A stretch of DNA of 63,967 bases, the filler included, from Hausera hauseri (Eukaryota): assembly GCA_046269625.1 (NCBI GenBank). It is 10 parts of 10 records of this genome, joined end to end, with 100 filler letters (N's around TTAATTAATTAA, not from the genome) between each part and the next. Parts side by side here need not be neighbours in the genome. Positions count along the whole stretch, not along the records: positions 49,220 to 54,670 come from JBJURY010252625.1; positions 54,771 to 59,444 come from JBJURY010480576.1; positions 59,545 to 63,967 come from JBJURY010589667.1; 7 more parts are not named here. One strand, given 5' to 3'. Position 1 is the first letter of the stretch, and every line of letters begins with the position of its first letter. The translations under genes were made by a program, and so were the position numbers. The notes beneath the pieces are model-generated. The model was not told where the DNA came from. It ran no database searches and saw only the letters and a list, made by a program, of their open reading frames with translations. Below are positions 53,110 through 63,967 of the stretch, one piece after another.

Positions 53110-53975
53110 AAAAAATTGATGCCGCACATGTGCTAACCGGTAGTCCATATGACTCATTATCGATCGGCACATGTGCCAGGCAACGGTTACGTTAGTCATA
53201 GTTGCTAAGGGGACTTTTGCACATTTCAATTATCGATCGCTGCACATTGCATTATTGATAGAATCGATTAGCACAAAGTGCTAGTCGATAGTGCACATTG
53301 GTGCACATCGATCGGTGCATTGCACATGTTCAAGTGTGCAAATATCAACAATATCGGATTTCCGATAATTCCAATATTGATTAGTAGCAGGTGGTACCGG
53401 TTGCAATAGACTACAGAAACGATTCTCTATGTGAATGTGCAATTAGAATTTAAATCTATCGAATGGTTTTCGATAAAATGCCAAATGAGGCCAAAGGTAC
53501 ATAAACCTTTCCGCTATAAAATAAAAATCGATAAAATCGATACGTCACATATACTAGTCGGTAGTGCACCCGAAGAACTACCGATCGGAAAATGCTCATT
53601 GCGGAGGTGCTCCTGAGTACCGTTGTCATGGCACTTTGCATTTTTCACATATCGATCGCTGGATGGCGCAGCATTGATCGAATCGATCGGTGTACTGTGC
53701 TAGTGGACAGAGCACATAAGTGCACATCTACCTGTGCACAGTACAGTATTGCTCGAATCGGTCGGGGTAAAGTGTTAATCAATAATGCACATTAGCGGGC
53801 ATCGATTGGTGTACAGTGCAGTGCACCTGCACATGTAGAAGTGGGTGCAAACCAATCATATCGGATTTCCAATAGTTCTAATATTAATAATTAGCATATT
53901 GCACCGGGTGAAAGGAGTGCAAAAATGGTGCACTATACGAATTTTCAACTTGAATTTAAAACTATCGATTCATTT
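53110..53975. repeat. Two diverged ~420-450 bp direct repeats rich in ATCGAT/GTGCAC palindromes
   Basis: Shared blocks: atcgatcgctg (53232, 53661), atatcggatttcc (53351, ~53858) and gaatttaaa..tatcga (~53446, ~53952). Confidence 0.7.
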
Positions 53976-55267
53976 TTAAATAATATCGACTCATAGGTGA
54001 GGTGGGACAGAATGCCATAGGATTTTTCTGCCCTAACGAAACAAAATTCGATATTACATTGAGCAGTAACAGATAGGAAATCGAGTATGTAGATCTTGAC
54101 TATCGAGTCCAATATTCGAAATTCAAAAATGACACACTCGAATATCGAATTTCGAACTTTTCGGAAAATCTTGTGATGTCATTTCACTCCTCATGTTCAT
54201 AAAAACCCCCTGATACATTAAAATTAATCCATGAAAATGTGCTATATGGATATAAAATCAATATTTCGAATTAAGCAAAATGTACACTTAAAGCCCAGTG
54301 AAGCGAAAATCGATAAATCTATAAGGGGAGATTGATAGGAAGTCCTGTATGTGTATCTGAATCTGGTATTAGATATTCGAGTACATTACTCGAAATCGAT
54401 TAATTATCGATTCGAACTCGAAAACTCGGTCAAACATGCATCATTCAAAGAATCTAATGACGTCATTCGATAACCCATATGGGAGAACCTTAAATTTGGC
54501 GGCGCCTTGTATTTACTTTAATTGATGCATTAAAACAAAAGTGCATTAAAACCAATCAATAAGCAGAGCAGTGCATGGTGATATGGGAATATATTTCATT
54601 ATTTCCAAAATCACTTCAACGAATGGTGAATTTTTTAATTGTGCTCCTCAAATAATTGGTTGATTTTTAGNNNNNNNNNNNNNNNNNNNNNNNNNNNNNN
54701 NNNNNNNNNNNNNNTTAATTAATTAANNNNNNNNNNNNNNNNNNNNNNNNNNNNNNNNNNNNNNNNNNNNTCAGGAAATATGTGTAGTGAGAGTACATGA
54801 GTGTTGTTGTTTTTTGTTGCTGGACTTTCAGGAAACATGAGTTGTAAGAGGACATGAGCGTGGTTGTAGTTTTTGTTGCACATTTTGTATTTTGCCGCAG
54901 TTTTATTTTTACTTGTCCAACATTATTTCATACCTGTCATTTACAGATTCATCAAAACCTCATGTCAATTCTGTAGACCAAACTGCAGTAGGGAGTTTAT
55001 CAAGTAGTGGTCATTTGTCAGGTACAACAAATACAAACTCTGTCTCTTTGACTTCCTCTGGAAATCCCAGTGTTTCTTCTGCACCCTCACCACAGACTGT
55101 GACAAACCTAAGGACACGATAAACCTTCTCAATACTTTCACCCTTTATGGTGCAATATTGCAAATTTGCAACAAATTTTTACGCAGCATTAATTATATGA
55201 AATTTTTTTTTTCATGTTTAGTGCTTAAAATTTGTAACAAAGTTACAGAAACTATTTAGAGTAGCAT

Positions 55268-58200
55268 TCCATCCATCCATCCCAGTGGCGCTACAACCCG
55301 TGAAGGGTCTTGGCCTGCATCACCACACTCTTCCAAAGTGCCCGATCTTTGGCTTTCTTCTTCCAGGACTTCACTCCTAGTTGTCTTAGGTCAGTCTCTA
55401 CGTCGTCTGTCCATCTTAATCTAGGTCGTCCTGGTGGTCTTTTGCCTCCTGGGTTTTGCTGGTACACTACTTTTGCTACTCTGTGGTCTCCCATTCTCTC
55501 CAGGTGTCCAGCCCATCGCAGTCTGCCCTTTTTTATTTCAGCCACTATGGTTGGGTCTTCATACAACTCATACAGCTCAGTGTTAGATCTAATTCTCCAA
55601 CCATAGTCATCTTGGACTGCACCGTAGATCTTTCGTAGGATTTTCCTTTCCCAAGCATTCAGCATTGTTTCAGCTGTTTTGGTCATGGTCCACGCCTCAC
55701 TTCCATACATAACCACTGGTCTTATTATGGTTTTATAAACTGTTTTTTTGGTGTTCCTTGAGATATTTTTATTTCGGAGGATTTTTATCAGGCTAAAATA
55801 GGCACGGTTTCCAGCTGTTATTCTTTCCTTGATTTCTACCATGATGTCATTTTGTTCATGTACGACAGATCCTAAGTATTTAAATGTATTAACATGTTCA
55901 AATGTATGTTGGTTTATTATGATGTCTTTGGGTGTGGTCTGTTTCTCTCTTTTCATGGACATGTATTTTGTTTTGTCTATGTTCACTTCCAAGCCTGCTT
56001 GTAAGGCAGCATCTTCAAGTTCATTAAAGGCTTTTTCTATGTCACTGATATTCCTACCTAGAAGAGCTACATCGTCGGCATAAGCAAGGTATTGTAGATC
56101 CTGGCTATAAAGTGTCCCAGTTTTCTGTTTTGTTGTAGTCTCTCTCAAAAAGTACCCAGTTATTCTTCCTCTAGTTTCCATTTTTAGGTTTCTAATTATT
56201 CTTTCTAAGGTAATGTTGAAGAGTATACATGAAAGGGCATCTCCCTGCCTTAATCCCTGCTTAATATGAAACTCTTTTGAGTACTCTCCTTGAATCTTAA
56301 CTTTACTTTTGGAATTTGTCAGGGTCATCTGAACAAGTCTTGTAAGTTTGTTGGGAACTCCTATCTCCTGTAGTGTCTCATATAAGAACTTTCTGTTTAC
56401 ACTGTCGTATGCCATCTTAAAATCTACATAAAGTTGGTGTATTGGGATGTTGTATTCATGAAATTTTTCCTGCAGGCATCTTATGGTGAATATTTGGTCT
56501 GTCGTTGATCTATCTTTGCGGAAACCACACTGATAGTCCCCTAATTGTTCTTCAGCATTCTGGTCTAGTCTTCTAGCTATTAGTTTTGAAAGTATCTTGT
56601 ATACAACATGCAGCAGTGATATCCCCCTATAGTTTGAGCAGTTAAGTTTAGAACCTTTTTTATGGATAGGTGTTATTAGGGCTGTAGTCCAGTCTTCTGG
56701 AATTGTTTCTTCTCTCCAAATTCTTAAAAGGAGCTCATGTATCTTGATATGTAGGAGCTGACCGCCATATTTGATCATTTCTGCTGTGATTAGATCTTCT
56801 CCAGGGGCTTTGTGATTTTTAAGAGTGTTTATTACTTCTTCAGTTTCTGTTAATGTTGGCTCTTCTACTAATGGATCTGGTCCACCCTGAGGTAGCAGGT
56901 ATTCAGTTTCCTCTGTATTTCTGGGGTTAAGTATCTCCTTAAAATATTCAGCCCATCTATCTAGAATCATGTTGCTATCAGTGATCAGTTCTCCATCTTT
57001 GTTCTCACACATGTGTGATCTTGCTTGGAAACCATTTCGTTCATCCTTTATTTTGGCATACATTCCTCTTGTATCCTTTCTTTCTGCCAGTTCCTCTATC
57101 TCAGCTAGTTTTCCTTTTTCCCATTCTCTTTTTTTCTTTCTGCAGACCTTAGTGGCTTGTTTTCTTGACTCATTGTATACCTGGAAGGCTCTTCTTGTTT
57201 CTTTGTTAAGCATGGCTTTCCGAGCTTTATTTCTTTCTTCAAGTGCATTTTTACATTCATCGTCAAACCATCCATTTCTTCTATGAGCCGGTTTAAATCC
57301 TATCGCCTCTTCTGCTGCACTTTTAATGGAGTTTTTAATTGCTTCCCACTGGTCATTTATTGAGTTAAATGCGTTTTCAGATGTGATGAGTTTGTCATGT
57401 ATTCTTTTTTGGTAGTTGCTTACTATTTCACATTCTTGTGTTAGTTTTAAGCTATTATATTGTTTTTCACGTTGATTTTGATAGATTTTAATCCTACACA
57501 GGCGTTGCCTAACTTTCGCTCTCACCATCATGTGGTCAGAATCTACATCTGCTCCTTTACAGCTACGCACATCTAGGATGTCCGATCCATGCCTGCGGTC
57601 AATTAACACATGGTCAATTTGATTTCTGGTGTTTCTGTCCGGTGAGATCCAGGTGGCTTTATGGATGTTTTTATGTGGGAACTTGGTGCTGCTGATGGTC
57701 ATGCCTTTATCTGTCGCAAAATCTATCAACAAACTTCCATTGCTGTTGCTTTCTTCGTGAAGGCTTTCTTTCCCAATGGTAGGTCTGTATGCGTCCTCCT
57801 TTCCCACTTTGGCATTAAAGTCACCCAGCACTATTTTGATGTCATGTCTTGGTGCTTCATCATACATTCTCTCTAGGCTATCGTAGAATTCTACTTTACT
57901 CTTTTCGTCTGTCTCTTCGGTTGGCGCGTGAGCACAGATAAAGGTTGTATTGAAGAACTTCCCTCTCAGGCGTAGTGAGCAGAGCCTTTCATTCCTAGGT
58001 TTAAATCCGCAGATGTGTTTCAACATTTCTTTTTTAACAGCGAAGCCTGTGCCTAAGGTGTTACTGTTATTTCCACTATAGAATATTGTATAATTATTTG
58101 CTTTAAAAATATCTGAACCCTTCCATCTAATTTCCTGTAGTGCTGCTATACTGATTTTATATTTACTAAGTTCATCTAGGAGGCATCCTAGTGCACCAGG

Positions 58201-58540
58201 TCTGTGTAAACTTAAAACATTCCATGTCGCTATCCAATAATCATGTCCATGTACAGGCTTTGGTCGAATTCCAAAATTGTCCGTCCGTCTTTCTATTTTT
58301 GATGCTTTCGTAACATTTACTTTTTACGCGGCTGGGTTGTTGGCCCCGCGCACAACCATCTGGGGGGGGATGCCCCTTACAGCTCTCTGGATCGCTGTCT
58401 TTTTTCTCAGGGTGTGATCCCCTAGCCTTTGTGGATACCTCCACACTCTGCAAGGCAGCAGGTTTTAACCAAAGCCCCGTTAGCCAGGACTTTTCAGGGT
58501 GACCCAGGTAGGCCTTCACAGCTAGCGTAGCACCTCAGTA
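55268..58540 (-). mobile_element. RTE-clade LINE, apparently near full length (5' end approximate), with a (GATG)n tail
   Basis: Single long EN-RT ORF, very short 3' UTR, and a ccatccatccatcc tail at ~55269-55283. Confidence 0.93.
55291..58323 (-). CDS. RTE APE-RT polyprotein; frame is open 99 codons upstream of the first ATG (58026)
   Basis: IATWNVLSL, LQEIRW, GDFNAKVG, NQIDHVLI, DSDH, YRGISLL, GLRQGDALS, YADD, FKYLG and GRLRWAGH. No internal stops. Confidence 0.93.
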   Translation of the reverse strand, partial: KVNVTKASKIERRTDNFGIRPKPVHGHDYWIATWNVLSLHRPGALGCLLDELSKYKISIAALQEIRWKGSDIFKANNYTIFYSGNNSNTLGTGFAVKKEMLKHICGFKPRNERLCSLRLRGKFFNTTFICAHAPTEETDEKSKVEFYDSLERMYDEAPRHDIKIVLGDFNAKVGKEDAYRPTIGKESLHEESNSNGSLLIDFATDKGMTISSTKFPHKNIHKATWISPDRNTRNQIDHVLIDRRHGSDILDVRSCKGADVDSDHMMVRAKVRQRLCRIKIYQNQREKQYNSLKLTQECEIVSNYQKRIHDKLITSENAFNSINDQWEAIKNSIKSAAEEAIGFKPAHRRNGWFDDECKNALEERNKARKAMLNKETRRAFQVYNESRKQATKVCRKKKREWEKGKLAEIEELAERKDTRGMYAKIKDERNGFQARSHMCENKDGELITDSNMILDRWAEYFKEILNPRNTEETEYLLPQGGPDPLVEEPTLTETEEVINTLKNHKAPGEDLITAEMIKYGGQLLHIKIHELLLRIWREETIPEDWTTALITPIHKKGSKLNCSNYRGISLLHVVYKILSKLIARRLDQNAEEQLGDYQCGFRKDRSTTDQIFTIRCLQEKFHEYNIPIHQLYVDFKMAYDSVNRKFLYETLQEIGVPNKLTRLVQMTLTNSKSKVKIQGEYSKEFHIKQGLRQGDALSCILFNITLERIIRNLKMETRGRITGYFLRETTTKQKTGTLYSQDLQYLAYADDVALLGRNISDIEKAFNELEDAALQAGLEVNIDKTKYMSMKREKQTTPKDIIINQHTFEHVNTFKYLGSVVHEQNDIMVEIKERITAGNRAYFSLIKILRNKNISRNTKKTVYKTIIRPVVMYGSEAWTMTKTAETMLNAWERKILRKIYGAVQDDYGWRIRSNTELYELYEDPTIVAEIKKGRLRWAGHLERMGDHRVAKVVYQQNPGGKRPPGRPRLRWTDDVETDLRQLGVKSWKKKAKDRALWKSVVMQAKTLHGL

Positions 58541-58749
58541 ATATAAAACCGCACCGTACTTCACCCATACCTAGCAATCCCTTACTTTGTCTGTTTCGAC
58601 CTCTCAAAACGTGGGCGCGGGATGGACTTTAAAGAGATCAAATGTTTCTTTCAAAGAGTGGAAGATACAAAATATAATAGTGTTGATGCACAGTTCTAAG
58701 GTGGCTCCATGTAACATCTGCAGACGGCAGGCACACACACATACACACA

Positions 58750-59280
58750 ACAAACGCAATGAAAGTAAGCAGAGGAAAAAGAAGAATCTATTTAGGAGCT
58801 GAAAATGCAGACATCAAACAAGCCCATGAGTTGAAACATCTTGGCAGCGACTTCACCGAGGATGGCAAACAAGACAGGGAAACAGAGACTTGGGGTCAAA
58901 AGGCACATGCCGTCAGATACCAACTGGCTCCACTTCTCAGACACATGCTCTTGCTCACTTCAATCATTCACTTCGACTTTTTGTTGCCAAAATTAAAGCT
59001 GGACACTGAACGCCGCACAAACAAGAACGATAACGACATTTGAGAGTTGACGTTTGAGAAAAATAACAGACAACAGGCTAAGAGACGAAACACCAAATGG
59101 CTGTATCAGAAATGAGGTTGGGACAAGACTATGTTTGGAGTATATTGAAAAAAGGACATGTTTTAATGGTGTAGTCATTTGGTGAGAATGCATCANNNNN
59201 NNNNNAAAGAAGTCTGCCAGAACAATAGAACATCAATTAGATAGATAGTTCGGGAGGTGCAAGACAGGCGCAGATGAACC
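58750..59280 (+). mobile_element. Old degenerate RTE-type fragment (thumb region)
   Basis: ELKHLGSDFTEDGKQDRETET resembles FKYLGSxxxxDGxxxxEI. Broken downstream. Confidence 0.6.
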
Positions 59281-59959
59281 AGCACACTGAAAGGTACAAT
59301 TTGGAAACGACAAAAGAAAAATAATTTTGCACCGAGCCGCTCTGACGAAGTTTACTTTATATTCGCTGCCGAGGGTAACATTCTGTAACGTTCTTTGCGT
59401 TGTGTTCTATTCTTAGTTTACTGATATAATACTGCAAATTTTTTNNNNNNNNNNNNNNNNNNNNNNNNNNNNNNNNNNNNNNNNNNNNTTAATTAATTAA
59501 NNNNNNNNNNNNNNNNNNNNNNNNNNNNNNNNNNNNNNNNNNNNGACCTCTCCTGAGCACAGGACCAGAGTCCACCAGTGGCCCTTCAAGTCTGGAAAAA
59601 ACCCCAGCTTTGCTACAAACTTATCAATTATCTGGATTATCACATACTCACCTCTTAATGTCCTCTGGATAATCCTCCCATCCCTGGTCCTCTTATGGAC
59701 ATTGTATATAAATAAAACCACTTACCTTTTATCCAATGTCATCTGCCTGGTCCTTTTCAGCAATCAGTATGCTGGGTGAGGGTGGAGTATGTTCTTGCCA
59801 TGAAGCAGCAGATACACCAACTTTTGTAAAAAGTAGCTGAGTTCCTGTATAAAGATCCGGATACCCTTTTTAGTGATAATTGTCTGTTTGAAAAGCAAAT
59901 CAACATAATTTCTGTCAGCATGTTGATGGTGCAAGGAAACTGTCAACATATGTTAAAAT

Positions 59960-60230
59960 ATAAATAACAAAATGCCAAATAATTTATGTTGGAAATGTAA
60001 AAAAGAGATTGGAAGATATTTGCATTGTTTCTGGGAGTGTTCTTTGGTCTCACCCTTTTGGACTAAGATCTTGGATGTTCTGAGCAGCTGGTCTGGCTTG
60101 GAGGTCCCTCAGAACCCAGAACTGTGTTTGTTGGGAGACAGATCCCAAAGAGAACTTTTTCGATCATATCGATTGGACTTGTGACGGCATCCAGGATTAT
60201 TTTGAAACATGCAGATTTTCACCACTTCAA
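59960..60230 (+). mobile_element. L1/Tx1-type LINE 3' fragment (C-terminal zinc knuckle)
   Basis: CWKCKKEIGRYLHCFWECSLVSPFW...PELCLLG. The style resembles fish L1 as I recall it. Confidence 0.75.
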
Positions 60231-60350
60231 ACAGAGAACAGCACACACGGATGGGAAATGAATGTATACACACATATCTCGTAAGGTTCTTTATGATTCA
60301 TTGAAATACTTACTAAAGAGATTAAGAAAATTAATCAGTCCGATGGAATA

Positions 60351-63300
60351 ATGTTAACTGACGCCGAAAATAAATCTATAATCAAAAAACGTGATATAAC
60401 TGAAACGCAACTGAGCTACGATGTAAAATATGATGTGTACGAATTTAATAAACATAAAGAATCAAAGAAAACGTTGAGAACAAAATACAGCAATACAACA
60501 GATATATTCAAAATTCAAAAAACTGAAGAAAATTATTGTGCTTTACAGCAGAATGAAAAAGAAATATCAGAAAATTCTGCAATATGCAGTAATGATAGAC
60601 AAGGTTTAGAAAATGCAACAGAAAAGACAGAAAAAGCACTACCTCTCCATGCAACGAGCCTTGATGATGCAATAAGTAGCGGTCTCGTCGACGTAAAACG
60701 CGGAACGGTGAAAGATCCTGTGAGTGGATTAGAAATGACGTTGGAAGAAGCTGTGCTGAGAGGAGTGATCGATGCAGAGAAAAGTGTACTGTTCGATAAG
60801 AGACATAAAGGATTGATCGGATTGAGTGAAGCACNNNNNNNNNNNNNNNNNNNNNNNNNNNNNNNNNNNNNNNNNNNNNNNNNNNNNNNNNNNNNNNNNN
60901 NNNNNNNNNNNNNNNNNNNNNNNNNNNNNNNNNNTGCCGATTTGTTAATTGATCATATGGAAAATTTGGAATCGGAGGAGAAAATGCAACCGAAAGCAAT
61001 GGATGTTGAAAGTAAAGCAGTACTTGCCGGTGCAATGAGTCTTGATGATGCAATCAGTAGCGGTCTCGTGGACGTAAAACGCGGTACGGTGAAAGATCCT
61101 GTGAGTGGATTAGAAATGACGTTGGAAGAAGCTGTGCGGAGAGGAGTGATCGATGCAGAGAAAAGTGTACTGTTCGATAAGAGACATAAAGGATTGATCG
61201 GATTGAGTGAAGCACTAAAACAAGGTGGTAACATTGCCGATTTGTTAATTGATCATATGGAAAATTTGGAATCGGAGGAGAAAATGCAACCGAAAGCAAT
61301 GGATGTTGAAAATAAAGCAGGACTTACCGGTGCAATGAACATTAATGATGCAATTGAAAGCGGTCTTGTTGATGTAAGACTTGGTACTATGCGGGATCCT
61401 TTCACTATAGACGAAATTATATTAGAAGATGCTATTCGCCGAAATTTAATTAATATTAATAATTCCCTGGTGTTCGACAAGAATCTCAGCGTGCTGGTGA
61501 AGTTTCCTGATGTAGTTGTTTCTGACAGTAATTTGTTGAATAATGTCGTAGAAAAACGTAGTTCTTTGTGTGTCCCATTGTTACCGGGTTATGATTCTGT
61601 TGTACAATCGGATGAACGAAATGAGTTTGACATGCATTTGCTGAGTACTTTACCAGATGACAATATTTCTGATGAGGTTAGTAGTTGTGTGTTTGCCAAG
61701 CATTTTGACTAATTGCTTTTTAATAGAATTCACCTATTCCTGATGATATTATGTTTTCAAATCGATGTTTTGATAAACATCAATTTTATGTTAATCAGTG
61801 TTCTTCTTTTTCTAAGTCGCTTCCGACTAAAACTGCTCCACTGTTATGCAGTGATGTTGTTGGTGCATTCAATTCCTCTTCATTTCTCAATAGATCTTTT
61901 TCTCATGATCCTTGTAAGTCAAAATTGACTCCTATTCAACCATGCTTTAATCCTTCCATGGAGTTTGATCTCATGTTTACTAGCAACTATAATGAATCTG
62001 GTTTTGATAAAAGTAATATTCCCTTTAAATATTCTGTTTCCACAGATTCGTTTGATTTTATTGATTCTTTTGAATTCTTGGAAGTTTCTGTGTATCATAT
62101 TCCTTCGGGTGTGATGTTGCCTATTAAAGAAGCTATCGCACAGGATGTATTTAATCCTCTTTCAGTAATCTTATCCATTGAGCTTCGTGATAATACTTTT
62201 TCATCTATGTCTTTCATCGAAGCATCTGAACAACGACTTTTAGACATGAATTCAGGTTTAGTGTTTCATCCTAGCGGTCGCTGTTTATCATTGGTGTCAA
62301 TGTCAAAAATGGGACTTATTAAGGGTTTTGGTGCCGATCTTGAATTTCGTCATGTTGGTAATGACTCATTACAAAGTAATTCAAAATTGTCTTTGTCCAA
62401 ATCTCTCGTATCTAATATGCCTCTTTCATCTTGTCTCTACTTTTCGAATATCGATCAGGTTTGGGATAGTATTACTGGAGAAAATATTTTGAAGGTAACT
62501 GCTTGGTTTTGTATGTTGTATATTGTCCATGATTTGCATGTGTTGTCCATTCACGATTGAGCATCTTGTCGTCATATTTTATTATTTAGACATCTGTTCA
62601 TTTAAGCTAGTTTCTCTGTTTCGTTAATTTTTAATGGCATGCAGTCGGTTTTAATATTAACGATTTGGAGTTTTTTCTAACTTTAACATTAATGATGTGA
62701 TTGGTTTTTTAATAATATACATTTTCTCTACAAAATGCTTCCCTTATATTTGTTAGATGATTCGTTCAAGTAAGTTTTATTTGTATATTTTTTTGAAATG
62801 TGATTTTGCTTGCTATCCGAATTTTTTCTTTGTTTCTTGTTTTGGTTTGCTTATTATGATTTTTCGTCATTTCCATGTCAATTTAGAGTGACATACCGAA
62901 AATTGCTAAAAAGTATTTGGATGCAGTTAATGAAACAAAATCGTATATAACATTTTTGGAGGAAAAGTTAATGCCTCCACTTAACGTTTGTTTAAATGAG
63001 AAGGAAAATCAGTTGATTCTGGACAGCTATCAAGTGAATTCGTTTTTCATATTTTTGAGGTATATTTGTGTATATTAGGACATTAGCAACGAATTCTCGT
63101 TGAAACAAAAATCAATTTTGTCACTCATATACGAAGTTGAACAGTTTCTAAGCAAACATTCCAGTGCTCTTCAACCAGACATTGTAGAAGAACTGTCAAG
63201 TCAATCTAACGATTTGAAGTCTAGAACTACAATAGTAATTGTTTTTCAATTGACGACCTATTTACATTTTAATAAGCTTCAATCCGAAATCAAAAATCAA

Positions 63301-63558
63301 CTCCGTTTACTACTAACGCTAATTGATGACTTCGATCAGTTTTCGAATCGTGTGAATTATTGCATTCAACAGTTGGACAAAATAGACAATTCCATCAACC
63401 ATGTGGCCGATGTTAATTCATTAAATGATTTGAATAACATTCTCGATACAATGAAATCTCTTGATTCGGACTTTGTTACGCTACGAAATGATATTCGTCT
63501 TTTGGTGAATATGAAATTAAAACTTATCGGCGAAATTGATACTTTTGACGATAACCGA
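60351..63558 (+). CDS. Spectraplakin/plakin-family gene, partial. Exons: <=60351-61676, 61727-62494, 62887-63033, 63079-63234, 63277-63558
   Basis: Plectin-type repeats (SLDDAISSGLVD...DPVSGLEMTLEEAV.RGVID), then helical spectrin-like segments. All four GT-AG introns are phase 0 and keep the frame; branch-point-like GACTAAT at ~61707. Confidence 0.85.
60655..61400 (+). repeat. Near-identical 300-bp (100-aa) coding tandem repeat spanning a 100-N gap
   Basis: tgccgatttgttaattgatcatatgg occurs at 60935 and 61235. The plectin-repeat block occurs at ~60660 and ~61040. Confidence 0.9.
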
Positions 63559-63967
63559 GTATGTTTCTTTCATTATTTCTATTTTTTCCTAAAATTGTCA
63601 TCATGGTTTTGCGAAAATATCAATAGTAAAAACTATGCAAAAAAATTCTGGCACTTGTTTAATCTTCTTCACTGCCAAAAAAAAGGTATTTTTATGTATA
63701 TCACAAATTTGTATTGTTAGTAGCCATAATAGTCATAGACGACTGTAAACGTTATTGTCAATAAAACTGAACTGACTGACGTAACCCATTCTTTAAATAT
63801 CAGGAAGCTTTATCCGTATTACTTCATTGATACAGTTGTCGGACAAGTACATACCAGCAACATACCCGCATATAAATTAAACGATCATACTCAACAAACA
63901 TACAAGCTCGTATTATGTAACAATCAATAAAAAGTAATTAGAAACATAAATTAACAATATTGTTAAA

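Noticed and set aside
54892-55122. Ser-rich ORF or possible 75-bp exon (54947-55021)
   Set aside because: The splice sites are plausible but the peptide is low-complexity and unidentifiable.
58440-58600. Self-cleaving ribozyme and target-site duplication at the RTE 5' end
   Set aside because: A GGCTAA word is present but no consistent HDV, hammerhead or twister fold was found by eye. The candidate TSD (tagcattcc versus tagcaatcc) is short and mismatched.
61710-61712. Premature stop in the plakin gene
   Set aside because: It lies inside a 50-bp GT-AG intron whose removal restores the frame.

Overview
This is not one locus. It is ten eukaryotic (animal) contigs joined by nine artificial 100-bp linkers (N44-TTAATTAATTAA-N44), and it is dominated by transposable elements. 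Non-LTR elements: an intact CR1/L2-group LINE ORF, an intact RTE LINE, and decayed RLE-type, RTE and L1-type fragments. LTR elements: three decayed copies of one CsRn1-like Gypsy family. DNA elements and repeats: two decayed Polinton-type protein-primed PolB genes, a Tc1 element, a foldback element and an 8.8-kb array of 147-bp repeats. Host genes: one myosin heavy chain exon, a spectraplakin-like gene with 42-50 bp introns, and many intronless broken fragments of conserved genes (DDR-like kinase, furry, SLC26, PDK, scribble, PPP1R37). The best candidate for something undescribed is the Gypsy family. In two diverged copies Gag is preceded by an SDE2/ubiquitin-like domain ending in a di-Gly-type motif directly before the Gag Met, and all three copies end Pol with a conserved RVxF-type island. 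All protein identities come from my own motif recognition; no searches were run.
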